Shown one piece after another: positions 22,780-35,790 of a DNA stretch of 64,000 nt (positions are counted from its first letter, which is position 1; each line of letters begins with the position of its first letter). The stretch comes from Mobula hypostoma (lineage: Eukaryota), in NCBI RefSeq assembly GCF_963921235.1, contig NC_086097.1, positions 185,258,001 through 185,322,000 on the forward strand, read 5' to 3'. The translations under genes were made by a program, and so were the position numbers. Below the pieces are notes generated by a model. The model searched no databases and was not told where the DNA came from. It saw nothing but the letters and a program-made list of their open reading frames with translations.

Positions 22780-25700
22780 GTTCATTAGTGTCAAATGCAC
22801 CAAGGTACAGTGAAAATCTTGTTTCTGTTGAAATCTACATATATAGATCATTTCATCACCATGATGTATTGAGGTAATATGAGAGAAAACAATAACCAAA
22901 TGCAGAATAAAATGTTCTGTGCCATTCAATTTTCTTTTAACAGTGGGATTACAGCTGTCCTCGATCCTTGTAGTAAGTGTTTTTAGGTTTTTGTATCTGC
23001 CAGATGGGAGAGGCGGGGAGAGAGAATGTTTGTGATCGGTCTACACAGAAATGTAGATGGAGTCCATGGAGTGGAGGGTGTTTTCCGTGATGCACTGAGT
23101 TGTGCCCACAACTCTCTGCACGAGTTCAGGGGCAGAGGAGCTGCCATACCATATCTGATATATCCAGATAGGATGCTTTCTATGGTGCATCAATAAAAAA
23201 TGGTGAGGTCAAAGGGAACACACCAAATTTCTTTAGCCTCCTGAGGAAGTAGAGATGCAAATGAGCTTTCTTGACTCTGCCATCTATGTGGTTAGACTAG
23301 GACAGGCTGTTGCTGATGTTCACTCCCATCCCTCCCCCTCAACCTCAGCACCATTTATGTAAACAGGAGCCAGTGCACTGCCCAACTTCCTAAATGCAAT
23401 ATCCAGCTGTTTTCTTTTACTGATGTTGAGGGAAAGATTATTGTCATGACACCATATATCATGCTCCTCCATCTACTTCCTGATTATTGCCATTCAAGCA
23501 CTCAGTTATGTCACGTCACAAACAAGAGAAAATCTGCAGATGCTGTAAATCCAAGCAACACACACAAAGTTCTGGAGGAACTCAGTGGGTCAGGCAGCAC
23601 CTTTGGAAAAGAGTACAGTCGACGTTTTGAGCCGAAACCCTTCAGAGGGACTGGAGAAAAAAAAAATGAGGAGTCAGAGTGAAAGGGTGGGGGGAAGGGA
23701 GGGAGCAACACAAGGTGACAGGTGAAACTGGGATGGGGAGGGGTGAAGTAAAGAGTTGGGAAGTTGATTAGTGAAAATGATACAGGGCTGGAAAAGGGGG
23801 AATCTAATAGGAGAGGACAGAAGGCTGTGGAAAGAAAAAGGGGAAGGAGCATCAGAGGGAGGTGATGGGCAGGCAAGGAGATAAGGTGAGAGAGGGAAAT
23901 GGGAAAGGGGAATAGAGAAGAGGTGGGGATGCATCACCGGAAGTTTGAGAAATCGATATTCATGCCATCAGATTGGAGCCTACCCAGACAGAACATAAGG
24001 TGTTGTTCCTCCAACCAGAGTGTGGCCTCATTGTGACAGAAGAGGAGGCCATGGACGGACATGTCCGAATAGGAATGGGAAGTGGAATTAAAATGGTTAG
24101 CCACTGGTAGGTCTCTCTTCTTCTGGCAGATGAAGCTTCCATTTCATGCACGTCTCTTCCATCTCTTCCATTTTGCACACATCTGCCCTCACTCCATCCT
24201 CCCTCCACCCCACCTGGGATAGGGTTTCCCTTGTCCTCACCTACCATGCCACCAGCCTCCGCATCCAGCATGTAATTCTCCGAAACTTCCGCCATCTCCA
24301 ATAGGATCCCACCACCAAGCACATCTTTCCCTCCCGACTTTCTGCTTTTCACAGGGATCACTCCATATGCAACTCCCTCGCCCATTCGTCTCTCCCAACT
24401 AATCTCCCTCCTGGCACTTATCCTTGCAAGCGGAACAAGTGCTACACCTGCCCCTACACCTCTTCTCTCACTACCATTCAGGGCCCCAAACAGTCCTTCC
24501 AGGTGAGGTGACACTTCACATGTGAGCCTGTTGGGGATCACCTATTGTATCCAGTGCTCCCAATATGGCCTCTTGGATACCGGTGAGGGCCGATGTAGAT
24601 TGGGAGACTGCTTCACCAAGCACCTAAGCTCCATCCGCCAGAAAAAGAGGGATTTCCCAGTGGCCACCCATTTTAATTCCACCTCCTATTCCTATTTTGA
24701 CATGTCCATCCATGGCCTCCTCTACTGTTGTGATGAGGCCACACTCAGGTATATTTCATCTGATGGCGTTGATTTCTCAATCTTCCAGTAATGCCCTTCC
24801 TTCCTCATTCCCCATTCCCTTTTCCCTCTCTCACCTTATCTCCTTGCCTGCCCATTGTCTCCCTCTGGTGCTCCTTCCCCTTCTTTTTTTCTACGGCCTT
24901 CTATCCTCTCCTATTAGATTCCCCCTTCTCCAGCCCTGTATCTCTTTCACCAATCAACTTCCCAACTCTTTACTTCACTACTCCCCCCTCCCAGTTTCAC
25001 CTATCACCTTGTGTTTCTTCCTTCTCTCCCCCAACTCATGTAGTTTTTTCTTCAGTCCTGCTGAAGGGTCTTGGCCCAAAACATGGACTGTACGCTTTTC
25101 CATAGATGCTGCCTGGCCAGTGTTACTCAGTTATGTCATGTGCAAATTTGTATGTGGAGTCAGAGCAGAATCTGGCCATAAAGTCGTAACTCTACAGTGA
25201 GTAGAGTAGTGTTTGAGGATTCAGCCCCATGGGGCACCAGTGTTGAAGGTAATTATAGCAGAGCTGTTGCTGCCTCTCCTGACTGAAACAGTCTGTTGGT
25301 CAGGAAGTCAAGGATCAGGCTGCAAAGGAAGGTGTTGAGTGTGAGTTTTGAGATGTGTTTGCTCTGAATTGCAATATAGAGGTAGAGCTATAGTCAATAA
25401 ACAATAGTCCAGTGTAAGTGCTTTTACTGTCCAGATGCTCCAGAGATGAGTGTAGAGCCAAGGAGATGGGCCTATTTTGGTAGTAGGCAAAATGCAGTGG
25501 GTTCAGGGTTACTGGGAGGTTGGAGTTGATGTGTGCCATGAACAGCCTCTTGAAGAACTTCATGGTGGTAGATGTAGAGCCACTGGGTGGTAGTCATTAA
25601 GGCACAATACCTTATTTTTTTAGGTATCATGATGATAGTGGTCTTCTTAAACCTCAGTTTGAAATAGAGATAAATCAAAAATATCTGTAAATACCCCTAC

Positions 25701-26340
25701 CATTTAATCTGTCGTGAATCTAAGGGCATAGGAACACCACTGGGCAAAGTGCTTTCTACGGGCTCCCTCTCTGGAAGTCTAATCTTATGTTTGCAATGGT
25801 GGCTGTGGGGATCGATGGTTGTGGGGTGGCTGGTGTTACTTCACTCCCCTATTCTTCATAACATACAAAAAATTGTGTAAAACTCATCGGGAAGAGATGT
25901 GCTGTGCTGCCAATACTAACCTCATGTTTCAGCTTCAGTTCATGCACAGGGAGAAGGAGCATAGGCTGCAGGTCTGATATATCAATGTGTAGGTTGTGGA
26001 TGGATTGGTAACCATCTTTGATAGTTGTGTTGCAATGGTCAGAGTGTTTGGGCCTTTGGTGGGACATGAGACAGGTTGGTAGTATTTTGTTGAAACCCTC
26101 TTGAAGTTGGCCTGGTTGAAGTCACTAGCTATGATGAAGAAGGAATCAGGGCATCTCACTGGAAGACTGTTGATCATTGAGTGCAAGCCAAACATCTATC
26201 TGGAGTAGGATAGAGCCTGCTGTCAGGATATCTGATGAACTCCCGTGGTAGGTAGTATGGGTGGCATTTCACCACTAGACATTCCCAGTCAGGTGAGAAG
26301 GATCTTGTCAGGGCCATCATGTGCAAACATCATGAGGAAG
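22780..26340 (-). mobile_element. Rex1-type LINE (APE-RT remnant) split by a PLE insertion at 23517-25124
   Basis: IIASDFNQANFK (APE); LNPLHFAYYQNR...HLDSKSTYTGLLFIDYSS (RT); 3' region at 22780-23516. Confidence 0.75.
23517..25124. mobile_element. Penelope-like element with inverted partial duplication; single insertion with TSD
   Basis: The + arm (~24130-25120) encodes ITYCIQCSQYGLLDTGEGRCRLGDCFTKHL...PVATHFNS (GIY-YIG). 23517-~24120 is an inverted copy of its 3' end. Flanked by ACTCAGTTATGTCA at 23500-23513 and 25125-25138. Confidence 0.85.
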
Positions 26341-26935
26341 CTGATCCCTCAGTTTCTAACTTTGCCTGAGGCAATAACTCACTATTGCTGAGAAATTAAA
26401 TGGAAGTTCAACTTGCTTATAACAAACTATCCGAAATAATGAATAAATTACAAAATAGCTCTATGCTTTGCAGTTGCAATGGTGACAGGTTAATTTTAGT
26501 TTATTTAGGTTAACCACAGGAATGGAGCATAGCAGCGATCTGGTGAGGTTAATGCAAGAGTAGAGCTGAAAGTGTGTGTTGGAAATGGTGCTCCGATGAG
26601 TTGAAAGGGGATGGTGGAAATGGACCCTAGTGAGTTTATATTGAATGCAGGTAACAGTAGTGGTGAACCAAATGGAAAACCATTATGATTTCAGAATAAT
26701 TTGTGGAATTTTGTGTATTTGGTAAATAAATAAGATGTCCTCTGGGACCCTTGCACTCAGAATTGAAGTTTTCAGTGGAACTTCATACAATGCTGCCCCT
26801 CCTAACCATAACTTGCTTGCCTGGAGAACCATGCAAACCGCTTCTGCAACCTACTGCTAACCAGCACTGTCAGTGTACCCAGCTGCAGGGTAATGATACC
26901 CACAAGTTGCTTACTATGCCCTGAACAAACGAAGC

Positions 26936-27864
26936 TGTCATGGTCCAGTCCGTGAAGTCCGCATTCCAGTTCACAGTCTGGTCCGTGGACTCTGGACACT
27001 GGACTCCGGGTCTTCTGGTTGTCCCTTGTTTCAGCTGGGCTTAATCACAGGCACCTGGTGCTCAGCTTGGGGCTGGGAATATAAGTGGTCCTGGGGTTGA
27101 GTGTGGTTGAATCTTGTCAGCATCCCCTTGGAGTAACCTGCTGGTGGAAGGCTAGGGCAGCCATTTGTGATCTCTAGGCCTAGTTGGAGGACCACTGCTT
27201 CATGGAGCCTTGTTGTCGCTAGTTGGAGCAGTCATTGTCATTTCTGGAGCCAACTGAGTGGTAGTCTGCCACTCTGAGCTAGATATGGATTTGACTATTT
27301 CTGTTGCCAGCCAAGGTTGATGGCTGCCCTGAGACTTGGAGCCACCCTGGACTGAGCTCCCTTCCTGTACTAGCCTCTGTGGGGTAAGTCAGGCTGTCTT
27401 TGCTTTTACCTTGTGGTTGGACCTGTCCCTTCCTGTCCTTGCCTCCATTGGTTAAGTCAGGCCATTTTTGCTGTTACCCTGAGGCTGGTCTGTTCCCTTC
27501 CCCTCTCCACCTGAATCCCTAACGGTTTCCTCGGTGATTTACTTTGGCAGTCATCCTGGCCCACCGTCCTGTAGCCACATTATGTCCTCACCTAGTTCTG
27601 GGGTCCAAGCCCGAGTCAAGACCCGGGTTCTGGGTCGTTGTCTAGTCTCTGGCTTGGAGTCTGAACCCAGGCTCCTAGTTCCCAGTTCCTTGTCCTTGTC
27701 CTGCTTTCCCAGCCTAGCTGGGAAGTCCTAGCCCACGTCTGTGTTCCTGTCCCAGCTCCTAGTCTGTGTCCAGTCCTGTCCCTAACTCTAGTCCAGTCCA
27801 GTTCCCAGTAATTCAGTGTCTGCGTCTTGCATTTGGGTCTGGCTTCAACACCCACCATATGACA
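26936..27864 (+). mobile_element. Solo LTR (929 bp)
   Basis: Ends TGTCAT...ATGACA, perfect 5-bp TSD GAAGC (26931-26935, 27865-27869), TATA-like GAATATAAG near 27077, no coding content. Confidence 0.85.
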
Positions 27865-29129
27865 GAAGCACTGATATCTCAATTAAGAGTGGAGTTGAAA
27901 TGAGAGCATTGAGCAACCTGATATTTCTTGTTCTATTAAAGTGTACTCAGGCCTTGTTAGACCTTTTTGAGGTTGTATATTCTATCTACAACTGCTTACC
28001 TTCTTAGTCACTCTCCTTTTCCTTGTCAACATTTCAAAAGGAATTAACAGCATATTTCTAGTCTGCCAAGGATGTAACTGGATGAATTCTGAATGTCATT
28101 GTTTAATATTACCAATTATAGACACACAACTAACTAGGGAAATGTCCAACATGTGACAATTCACAGACTTGTGTCATTTTCTATGAATATTACTTGAATA
28201 CAGCAATCTGTATGAGACAGAACCATATCTGGGTTTCAATAATGTCAGAAGTGCATCTTAAATGCCTTGGTAAAATGATTGGCCTGAAAAAGATGATTTC
28301 CTTTGATATGAGAATGAGATTGGCAGAGTAAGTTTTCCTCCATTAAAATCCTACTTCTTTCAAGAAAGCCTGCCAAAATGTACCCCAGCAACAACTAAAC
28401 TAGTTCCTCTGGAAGAAACAAAATCAGCATCAATTTTACATTACAGAAAAGTGAAAAGTTCCTTACATTTATAAGTTGCAGAAAATATTCCTCAGTTTTT
28501 GCTTTGTATCTAATATGAAACCCTAGCTGATTCCAAATGCATGTTTGTAATTGTTTCTATAAATGAACTGTCCATACTGACATAGAATTAGATTGTACAG
28601 TACATCAGGCTCTGTACATGTACAACTGAAGTAACATCTCACTTTTAAGAACCTACAAACTGATGTTATTAATCCTACAACAGCTTTGTCAATAATGTAC
28701 ATAATTAGTTATTAAGATGAACTTGTAACTGGTGCTTCAAGTCATTCATCATAAAAATTCACTTTAGTCAAATAAAAGTAAAGTCATTTTTTTACTCATT
28801 CACTGTTGACCTCGTGTGTTACTGGGCCTATGCAAGGAATTATTGCTTATTTCAGATGCTTCTATTAAGCTGGCAATGCTAAGGGACTAGTAGAACATAG
28901 AAAAGTCAAATGATTTTAAATTGATTCCTATTTATTTCTTTGAACTTAAAGTAGTTAATGTGCCCTGTATCTTGAAATTATCTTGACAATAAATATAACA
29001 GTAGTGTTTTAATATTGTAATTTTAAGCAGGCATCAAACTCCTAATCTCTCTCAATGTCCAGTTACCTCAAAATCAGAATCAGGTTTATTATCACCGGCA
29101 TGTGATATGAAACTGTACTTTATTTTGTT

Positions 29130-30680
29130 TAGAGATACAGCACAGTAACAGGTCCTTCCAGACCACCAAGCCCATCCTTCCTGATTACTACCCCACCCCC
29201 CCATGACCATTTAACCTGCTAACCAATACATCTTTTGAATGTGGGAGGAAAGCAGAACACCCAGAAGAAACCTAGAGAAGACCCTCACTTCTGACTATCC
29301 TGCTGATGAACGTAGTCTCTCGAAAATAAAACTGAAGAACTCAGAGCAAGATTGCAGTACCAGAGGGACATCAGGGACTGCTGAATACTTTGCTTCTCAG
29401 AAACATGGCAATTCAGCATCCTGCCATTTCAGACAGTCTGCTGCAGCCCAAGGGCCACTAAGACAGCACAGCTCAGTCTTTTAAAGGTTCAGGAGGTGGA
29501 GTATGCTTCATAATTAACTCATTATGGTGCACATACGTGGTGGTTCTGACGCAATCCAGGTAACCCAAAGTGGAATATCTAGTAGTCAAGTGTTGTCCTT
29601 TTTATTTGTCAAGGGGATTTTTCGCCATCATCCTGGTAGTGGTGTATATTTCAACCCTGGCCAATGCCAGGCAGATACAGGAGGATCTGAGTACCATTAC
29701 CAACAGTCATGAAACAGTGCACCCTGATGCCTTCCCTATCATTGCAGTAAATTTCAACCAGGCCAAATTGAAGAATTCTCTGAATAATTACCACCAGCAT
29801 ATCCTCTGTGGAACGAGAGGAACTAACACACTTGACCACTGTTATACCACCATCAAGAACGCTTACCATGCCATTCCACGTCTGCACACTGGAAAGTCCA
29901 ATCACCAGGCTGTTCTTCACCTCCCACCATACAAGGCAGAGTCTAAAGACCACAGCACCAGTGTTGAAGACCAAGAAGGTACAGTCAAGGGATGTGGAGG
30001 AGTGCTTACAGTACAGCTTTGACTCGGTGGACTGGACTATATTCAGGGATTCATCTTTGAATCTGAATGAATACGCCACCGTTGTCACCAACTTCATCAA
30101 GGCCTATGTGGAAGAGTGTGTACCTTTGAGAACATATCAGACATACCCAAACCTAAAGCTAAAGCTATGGATGAACCAGGAGATTTGTAGTCTCCTGCAG
30201 AAAGCTGCAAACTCAACCAACTCCATCATGGGCAGTAGCCCCCCCCTCCCCCAACTTCAAGGATAGCTTCAAAAGGTGATGCCTCAAAAAGCTGGCATCC
30301 ATCATTGAGGACCCCTATCACCAAGGACGTGCCCTCTTCTCATTGCAACCAAGAAGAAGCCTGAAGGCACACACTCAACATTTTAGGAATAGCTTCTTCC
30401 CTTCTGCCATCAGATATCTGAGTGGACTGTGAACCTATAGCATTTTTTGCCACCTTTTAGCACTATTTAATTAATATAATTTTTAAAAATATGTTTCTTA
30501 TTGTAATTTATATTTTTATTATGTATTGCAATGAATTTCACAAAATATGCAAATGATATTAAACCTGATTCTGATTCTGATTTTGGAAACTCCCACAGTC
30601 ATGGGGAGAACATTCGATCTCCTCATGGACAGCAGCAGAATTTAACACGGGTCAGCCGGTTGTTCAAAAGCATTGTAGGA
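29130..30680 (-). mobile_element. V-SINE/HE1-like SINE (pieces ~29130-29292 and ~30583-30680) split by a Rex1 insertion
   Basis: TGTGGGAGGAAAGCAGAACACCCAGAAGAAACC is the reverse of the V-SINE core GGTTTCCTCCGGGTGCTCCGGTTTCCTCCCACA. It resumes GAAACTCCCACAGTCATGGGGAGAAC after the insert. Confidence 0.6.
29295..30580 (+). mobile_element. Rex1-type LINE with RT deleted (APE joined to 3' end)
   Basis: EYLVVKCCPFYLSR, NFNQAKL, TRGTNTLDHCY and LWMNQEI, then a jump to the C-terminal region; tail (CTGATT)n. Confidence 0.8.
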
Positions 30681-32372
30681 GAGCAAATGGGTAGCTCCCA
30701 ACTTTTTCTTGGTTGACTAAGGACAGTTATTAAATGCTAGCCTTGTCAGTAATTTTCTCATTCCTAAAATGAATGAAAAAAAAATTCTCTAGAAAATTCT
30801 CTTAATAATAGAACCAAAATCACCTGTTCCTTGCTTGGTACATAATTGTTCCAGGAAGATTGTCTCAGAAAACCTTCAGAGCTACTGTACCTGCTCTCAG
30901 CTTGATTCTGCCAGCTTTCTAGTAACCCAATGCCATGTACACTTTTCACAAGGAGTAAGGAGCCAAAGATATGCAAGGATTTATGAGATAGTCACTGATC
31001 CCCAATTCACCAACTCAATCCCCAATGAATTGGTTTGGCATAGTAAAAGAAATAAGCTGAAGACAATGAGTTTTGCAACCTCCCCAGGCTCTCAGAATTT
31101 TCTACTTGTGTTCATTTAGAGGTTGTATATTCAGGGAGTAAAATTTCTTTCAGTCTTAAAAAATTGGACATCACCTGCAGGAATTTAAGGATTCCTTTAA
31201 GTACTGCTGGTGAGTTTTCAAGTCTTCCTTCCCATGCACAGTTCACAAAAGTTTGTATTTTGCATTTATGTGGTGGAATTACATGAAGCCAGAACCAAAT
31301 CAGTTTCATACAAGGATCGACAATTCTGATTTATCATTCTATATTCTTTGTTAGGAATGGGTGTTACTGGTTGTATTCCTTATTCAAGGCAGTCTTTAGA
31401 ATATGAAATACACAGGAGTAATGAGTTGATTAAGCTGCTGTCAAGGTAAAACTAGCTGAGCACAGGAATGCAAAGGGATGGAAAGGCATGTTGAAGAGTA
31501 AGCAAGAGAGGGGCTTTGTGTGGATTATACCGACATGGATTTGCTGGCAAAATGGCCTGATCTTATGATGTAAATATATCGTAATCAGGCATTCTAAGGT
31601 CAATTATAATTAAAATAAGGACAAAGTAAACTTCAATTTGCAGCATCCCAATATATCTATCACAACCTCAATAAAGCATTACAGTGTCCCCCATTGCTCA
31701 CACGAACTAATCACAATTAGAAAGTGATTTATTATCAACAACACTGAGCTGTAAATTATCGTCAAGTCTGAAAAGCATTTAGATTTCCAAACCTCATTTC
31801 ACAAAAGACTTTACAGCCATGAGACCAAAGAGCTTTTCAGCTCATTGGTATAAAGATGGAAAGAATTCGGACCTCATTTATTCCAGTACTTTAAAGGCTG
31901 TGTTTATTCAGAACTCAAGTTTTGGGTGAAGGGGCAATGAGTGAATGCACCTTATGATCAATTCCTAGTTTCGATATTTCAACTTTTTTTTTGCAACTGA
32001 AACATTTTTGTGTGTTTGTAATAGTTCAACCTTAAAGCAGCTGAGTAGTTCCAGAATTCTTTGAGATGGGAGTATTAGGGTAAAGTTTGGCCATCAGCAA
32101 TTCTGCATTCAAAGCAGTAAATGATTGAAAATGTATAAATTAGAAATTGCTCCTGCAGGGCTTCCATGTTTCTGTTGGCATAAGATAAAAACACATAACT
32201 CCTGAAAATTGAGCCCATGTTCAATTAATTGCTTAAATTATTACAAGAATGAATTAACAAATTTCAGGAAAAAAAAACAATGAAGTCAATTTTCACAGCT
32301 GTGACTTAATTTTATGGGGATGGGATGACCTCAAAGTAGGCTCGGTATTCTCAGCATCTCACTTGAAATGAT

Positions 32373-34946
32373 CATAAGACCATAAGACAAAGGAGCAGAA
32401 GTAGGCCATTCGGCCCATCGAGTCTGCTCCGCCATTTTATCATGAGCTGATCCATTTTATCCTATTTAGTCCCACTGCCCCGCCTTCTCACCATAACCTT
32501 TGATGCCCTGGCTACTCAGATACCTATCAATCTCTGCCTTAAAGACACCCAATGACTTGGCCTCCACTGCTGCCCATGGCAACAAATTCCGTAGATTCAC
32601 CACCCTCTGACTAAAAAAATTTTTTCGCATTTCTGTTCTGAAAGCGCGCCCTTCAATCCTGAAGTCATGCCCTCTCGTACTAGACTCCCCCATCATGGGA
32701 AACAACTTTGCCACATCCACTCTGTCCATGCCTTTTAACATTCGAAATGTTTCTATGAGGTCTCCCCTCATTCTTCTAAACTCCAAGGAATACAGTCCAA
32801 GAGCGGACAAACGTTCCTCATATGTTAACCCTCTGATTCCCGGAATCATTCTAGTGAATCTTCTCTGTACCCTCTCCAACGTCAGCACATCCTGTCTTAA
32901 ATAAGGAGACCAAAACTGCCCACAGTACTCCAAGTGAGGTCTCACCAGCGCCTTATAGAGCCTCAACATCACATTCCTGCTCCTATACTCTATTCCTCTA
33001 GAAATGAATGCCAACATTGTATTCGCCTTCTTCACTACCGGCTCAACCTGGAGGTTAACTTTAAGGGAATCCTGTACGAGGACTTCCAAGTCCCGTTGCA
33101 TGTCAGAACTTTGAATTCGTTCCCCATTTAAATAATAGTTTGCCCGTTTATTTTTTCTGCCAAAGTGCATAACCATACACTTTCCAACATTGTACTTCAT
33201 TTGCCACTTCTCTGCCCATTCTTCCAATCTATCCAAGTCTCTCTGCAGACTCTCCGTTTCCTCAGCACTACCGGCCCCTCTACCTATCTTTGTATCGTCA
33301 GCAAACTTAGCCACAAAGCCATTTATTCCATAATCCAAATCGCTGATGTACAATGTAAAAAGAAGCGGCCCCAATACTGATCCCTGTGGAACACCACTGG
33401 TAACCGGCAGCCAACCAGAATAGGATCCCTTTATTCCCACTCTCTGTTTCCTGCCAATCAGCCAACGCTCTATCCACGTATGTAACTTTCCTGTAATTCC
33501 ATGGGCTCTTCTCTTGTTAAGCAGCCTCATGTGTGGCACCTTGTCAAAGGCCTTCTGAAAATCCAAACATACAACATCCACTGCATCTCCCTTGTCTAGC
33601 CTACTGGTAATTTCCTCAAAAAATTGTAATAGGTTTGTCAGGCAGGATTTTCCTTGAAGGAATCCATGCTGAGTTCTGCCTATCTTGTCGTATGCCTCCA
33701 GGTACTCTGTAACCTCACCCTTGACAATCGACTCCAACAACTTCCCAACCACCGACGTCAAGCTAACAGGTCTATAATTTCCTTTTTGCTTCCTTGCCCC
33801 CTTCTTAAATAGCGGAGTGACACTTGCAATCTTCCAGTCTTCCGGAACCATACCAGAATCTATCGACTTTTGAAAGATCATCGCTAATGCCTCCGCAATC
33901 TCTACAGCTACTTCCTTCAGAACACAAGGGTGCATTCCATCTGGTCGAGGAGATTTATCGACCTTTAGCCTATTCAGCTTCCAGAGTACTTTCTCTGTCG
34001 TAATTGTGACTGCGCACACTTCTCTTCCCTGCCACCCTTGAGTGTCCGGTATCCTCCTGTCTCCTCAGTGAAGACTGATGCAAAATACTTGTTCAGTTAC
34101 TCTGCCATCTCCTCATCTCCCAGTACAATTTCTCCAGTATCATTTTCTATCGGTCCTATATCTACTCTCACCTGTCTTTTACTCTTTGTATACTTGAAAA
34201 AGCTTTTAGTATCCTCTTTGATATTATTTGCTAGTTTCCTTTCATAGTTAATCTTTTCTCTCTTAATGACCTTCTTGGTTTCCTTTTGTAAGGTTTTAAA
34301 GACTTCCCAATCCTCTGTCTTCCCACTAATTTTTGCTTCCTTGTATGCCCTCTCCTTCGCTTTAACTTTGGCTTTGACTTCTCTTGTCAACCACGGTTGC
34401 ATCCTTTTTCCACTCGAAAATTTCTTCTTGTTTGGAATATACCTGTCTTGCACATTCCTCATTTCTCGCATAAACTCCAGCCACTGCTGCTCTGCCGTCT
34501 TTCCCGCCAGTGTCTCTTTCCAGTCAACTTTGGCCAGTTCCTCTCTCATGCCACTGTAGTTTCCTTTACTCCACTGAAACACCGACACATCAGATTTCGG
34601 CTTCTCTTCTTCTAATTTCACAGTGAACTCAATCACGTTATGATCACTCCCTCCTAACGGTTCCTTCACCTCAATCTCTCCAATCACCTCCGATTCATTA
34701 CACAATACCCAATCCAGTACAGCCGATCCCCTAGTGGGCTCAACAGCAAGCTGTTCTAAAAAGCCATCTCGCAGACATTCTACAAATTCTCTCTCTTGAA
34801 ATCCAGAGCCCACCTGATTTTTCCAATCTACTCGCATGTTAAAATCCCCCACAATTATCATAACACTGCCCTTCTGACAAGCCTTTTCTATTTCCAGTTG
34901 TAATTTGTAGTCCACATCCCTGCAGTTGTTTGGAGGCCTATAAATA
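32373..34946 (-). mobile_element. CR1 LINE, 5'-truncated; same subfamily as 3497-7209
   Basis: ORFs 34097-34915 and 32466-34019 are nearly identical in protein to the 4660-7110 region; (TCTTATGG)n tail. Confidence 0.95.
32466..34019 (-). pseudogene. Uninterrupted 517-codon CR1 reverse transcriptase segment
   Basis: NYRPVSLTS, QHGF, LDFQKAFDKV, GVPQGSVLGP and FADDTK in one frame. Cut off from the endonuclease by a stop (34097-34099) and a 1-bp deletion (~34060). Confidence 0.9.
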
Positions 34947-34959
34947 AATAAAATGTCGA

Positions 34960-35640
34960 GGCACCAAGCTTCAAAACCTGGGCCTTTGTGCCTTCCTGTG
35001 CAAGTGGATCATTGAATTCATCATAGTGAGACCACAATCAGTGCAGATAGGAAATAACACCTCCTCCTTGCTGACAAACAGCACAGGTACACCTCAAGGA
35101 TGAATGCTTAGCCCACTACTTTACCATCATAAGACCATAAGACCAAGGAGCAGAAGCTGGTCATTCGACCCATCGAATCTGCTCCACCATCTTATCATGA
35201 GCTGATTCATTCTCCTATTTAGTCCCACTCCCCTACCTTCTCACCATAACATTTGATGCCCTGGCTACTCGGATACCTATCAATCTCTGCATTAAATACA
35301 CCCAATGACTTGACCTCCAGTGCCGCCTGTGGCAACAAATTCCACAGATTCATGACGGCATAGCTAGACACAGTTCAAACACTCTAATTTCACCAATGAC
35401 ACAACAGTTGTAAGCAGAATCTTGGTTGGTGATGAGGTGACATGTAGGAGTGAAGTAGTTAAGCTGGTTGAGTGGTGTCACATCAACAATCTTGCATTCA
35501 CTGTTACTAAGACCAAGGAATTGATTGAGGACTTCAGGAAGGGAATATCAGGAGAACACACACTGGTCTTCATCAAGGGATCAGCAATAGAAAGAGTGTG
35601 CAGCTTCCAATTCCTGAATGTCAACATCTCTGAAGATCTT
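34960..35640 (+). mobile_element. Rex1 RT fragment containing a minus-strand CR1 3' end (35126-35353)
   Basis: KLQNLGL, GTPQG and LVEWCHINNLAFTVTKTKELIEDFRK; the insert begins CATAAGACCATAAGAC. Confidence 0.75.
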
Positions 35641-35644
35641 AGCT

Positions 35645-35790
35645 ACTCTGTATTGGCTTCCTGTATCGTTTAGAATTGATTTTTAAAGTTCTCTTACTTG
35701 TTTTAAAGCTATCAATGGTCTGGGACTGAACTACATCTCAGAATCGATTTTTTTTATAATGCTGCTCGAGCTCTCAGGTCTTCTTCGACT
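35645..35790 (+). mobile_element. L2 LINE fragment
   Basis: LYWLPVSFRIDF(fs)KVLLLV...KAINGLG matches the L2 motif LHWLPVxxRIxFK. Confidence 0.6.
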
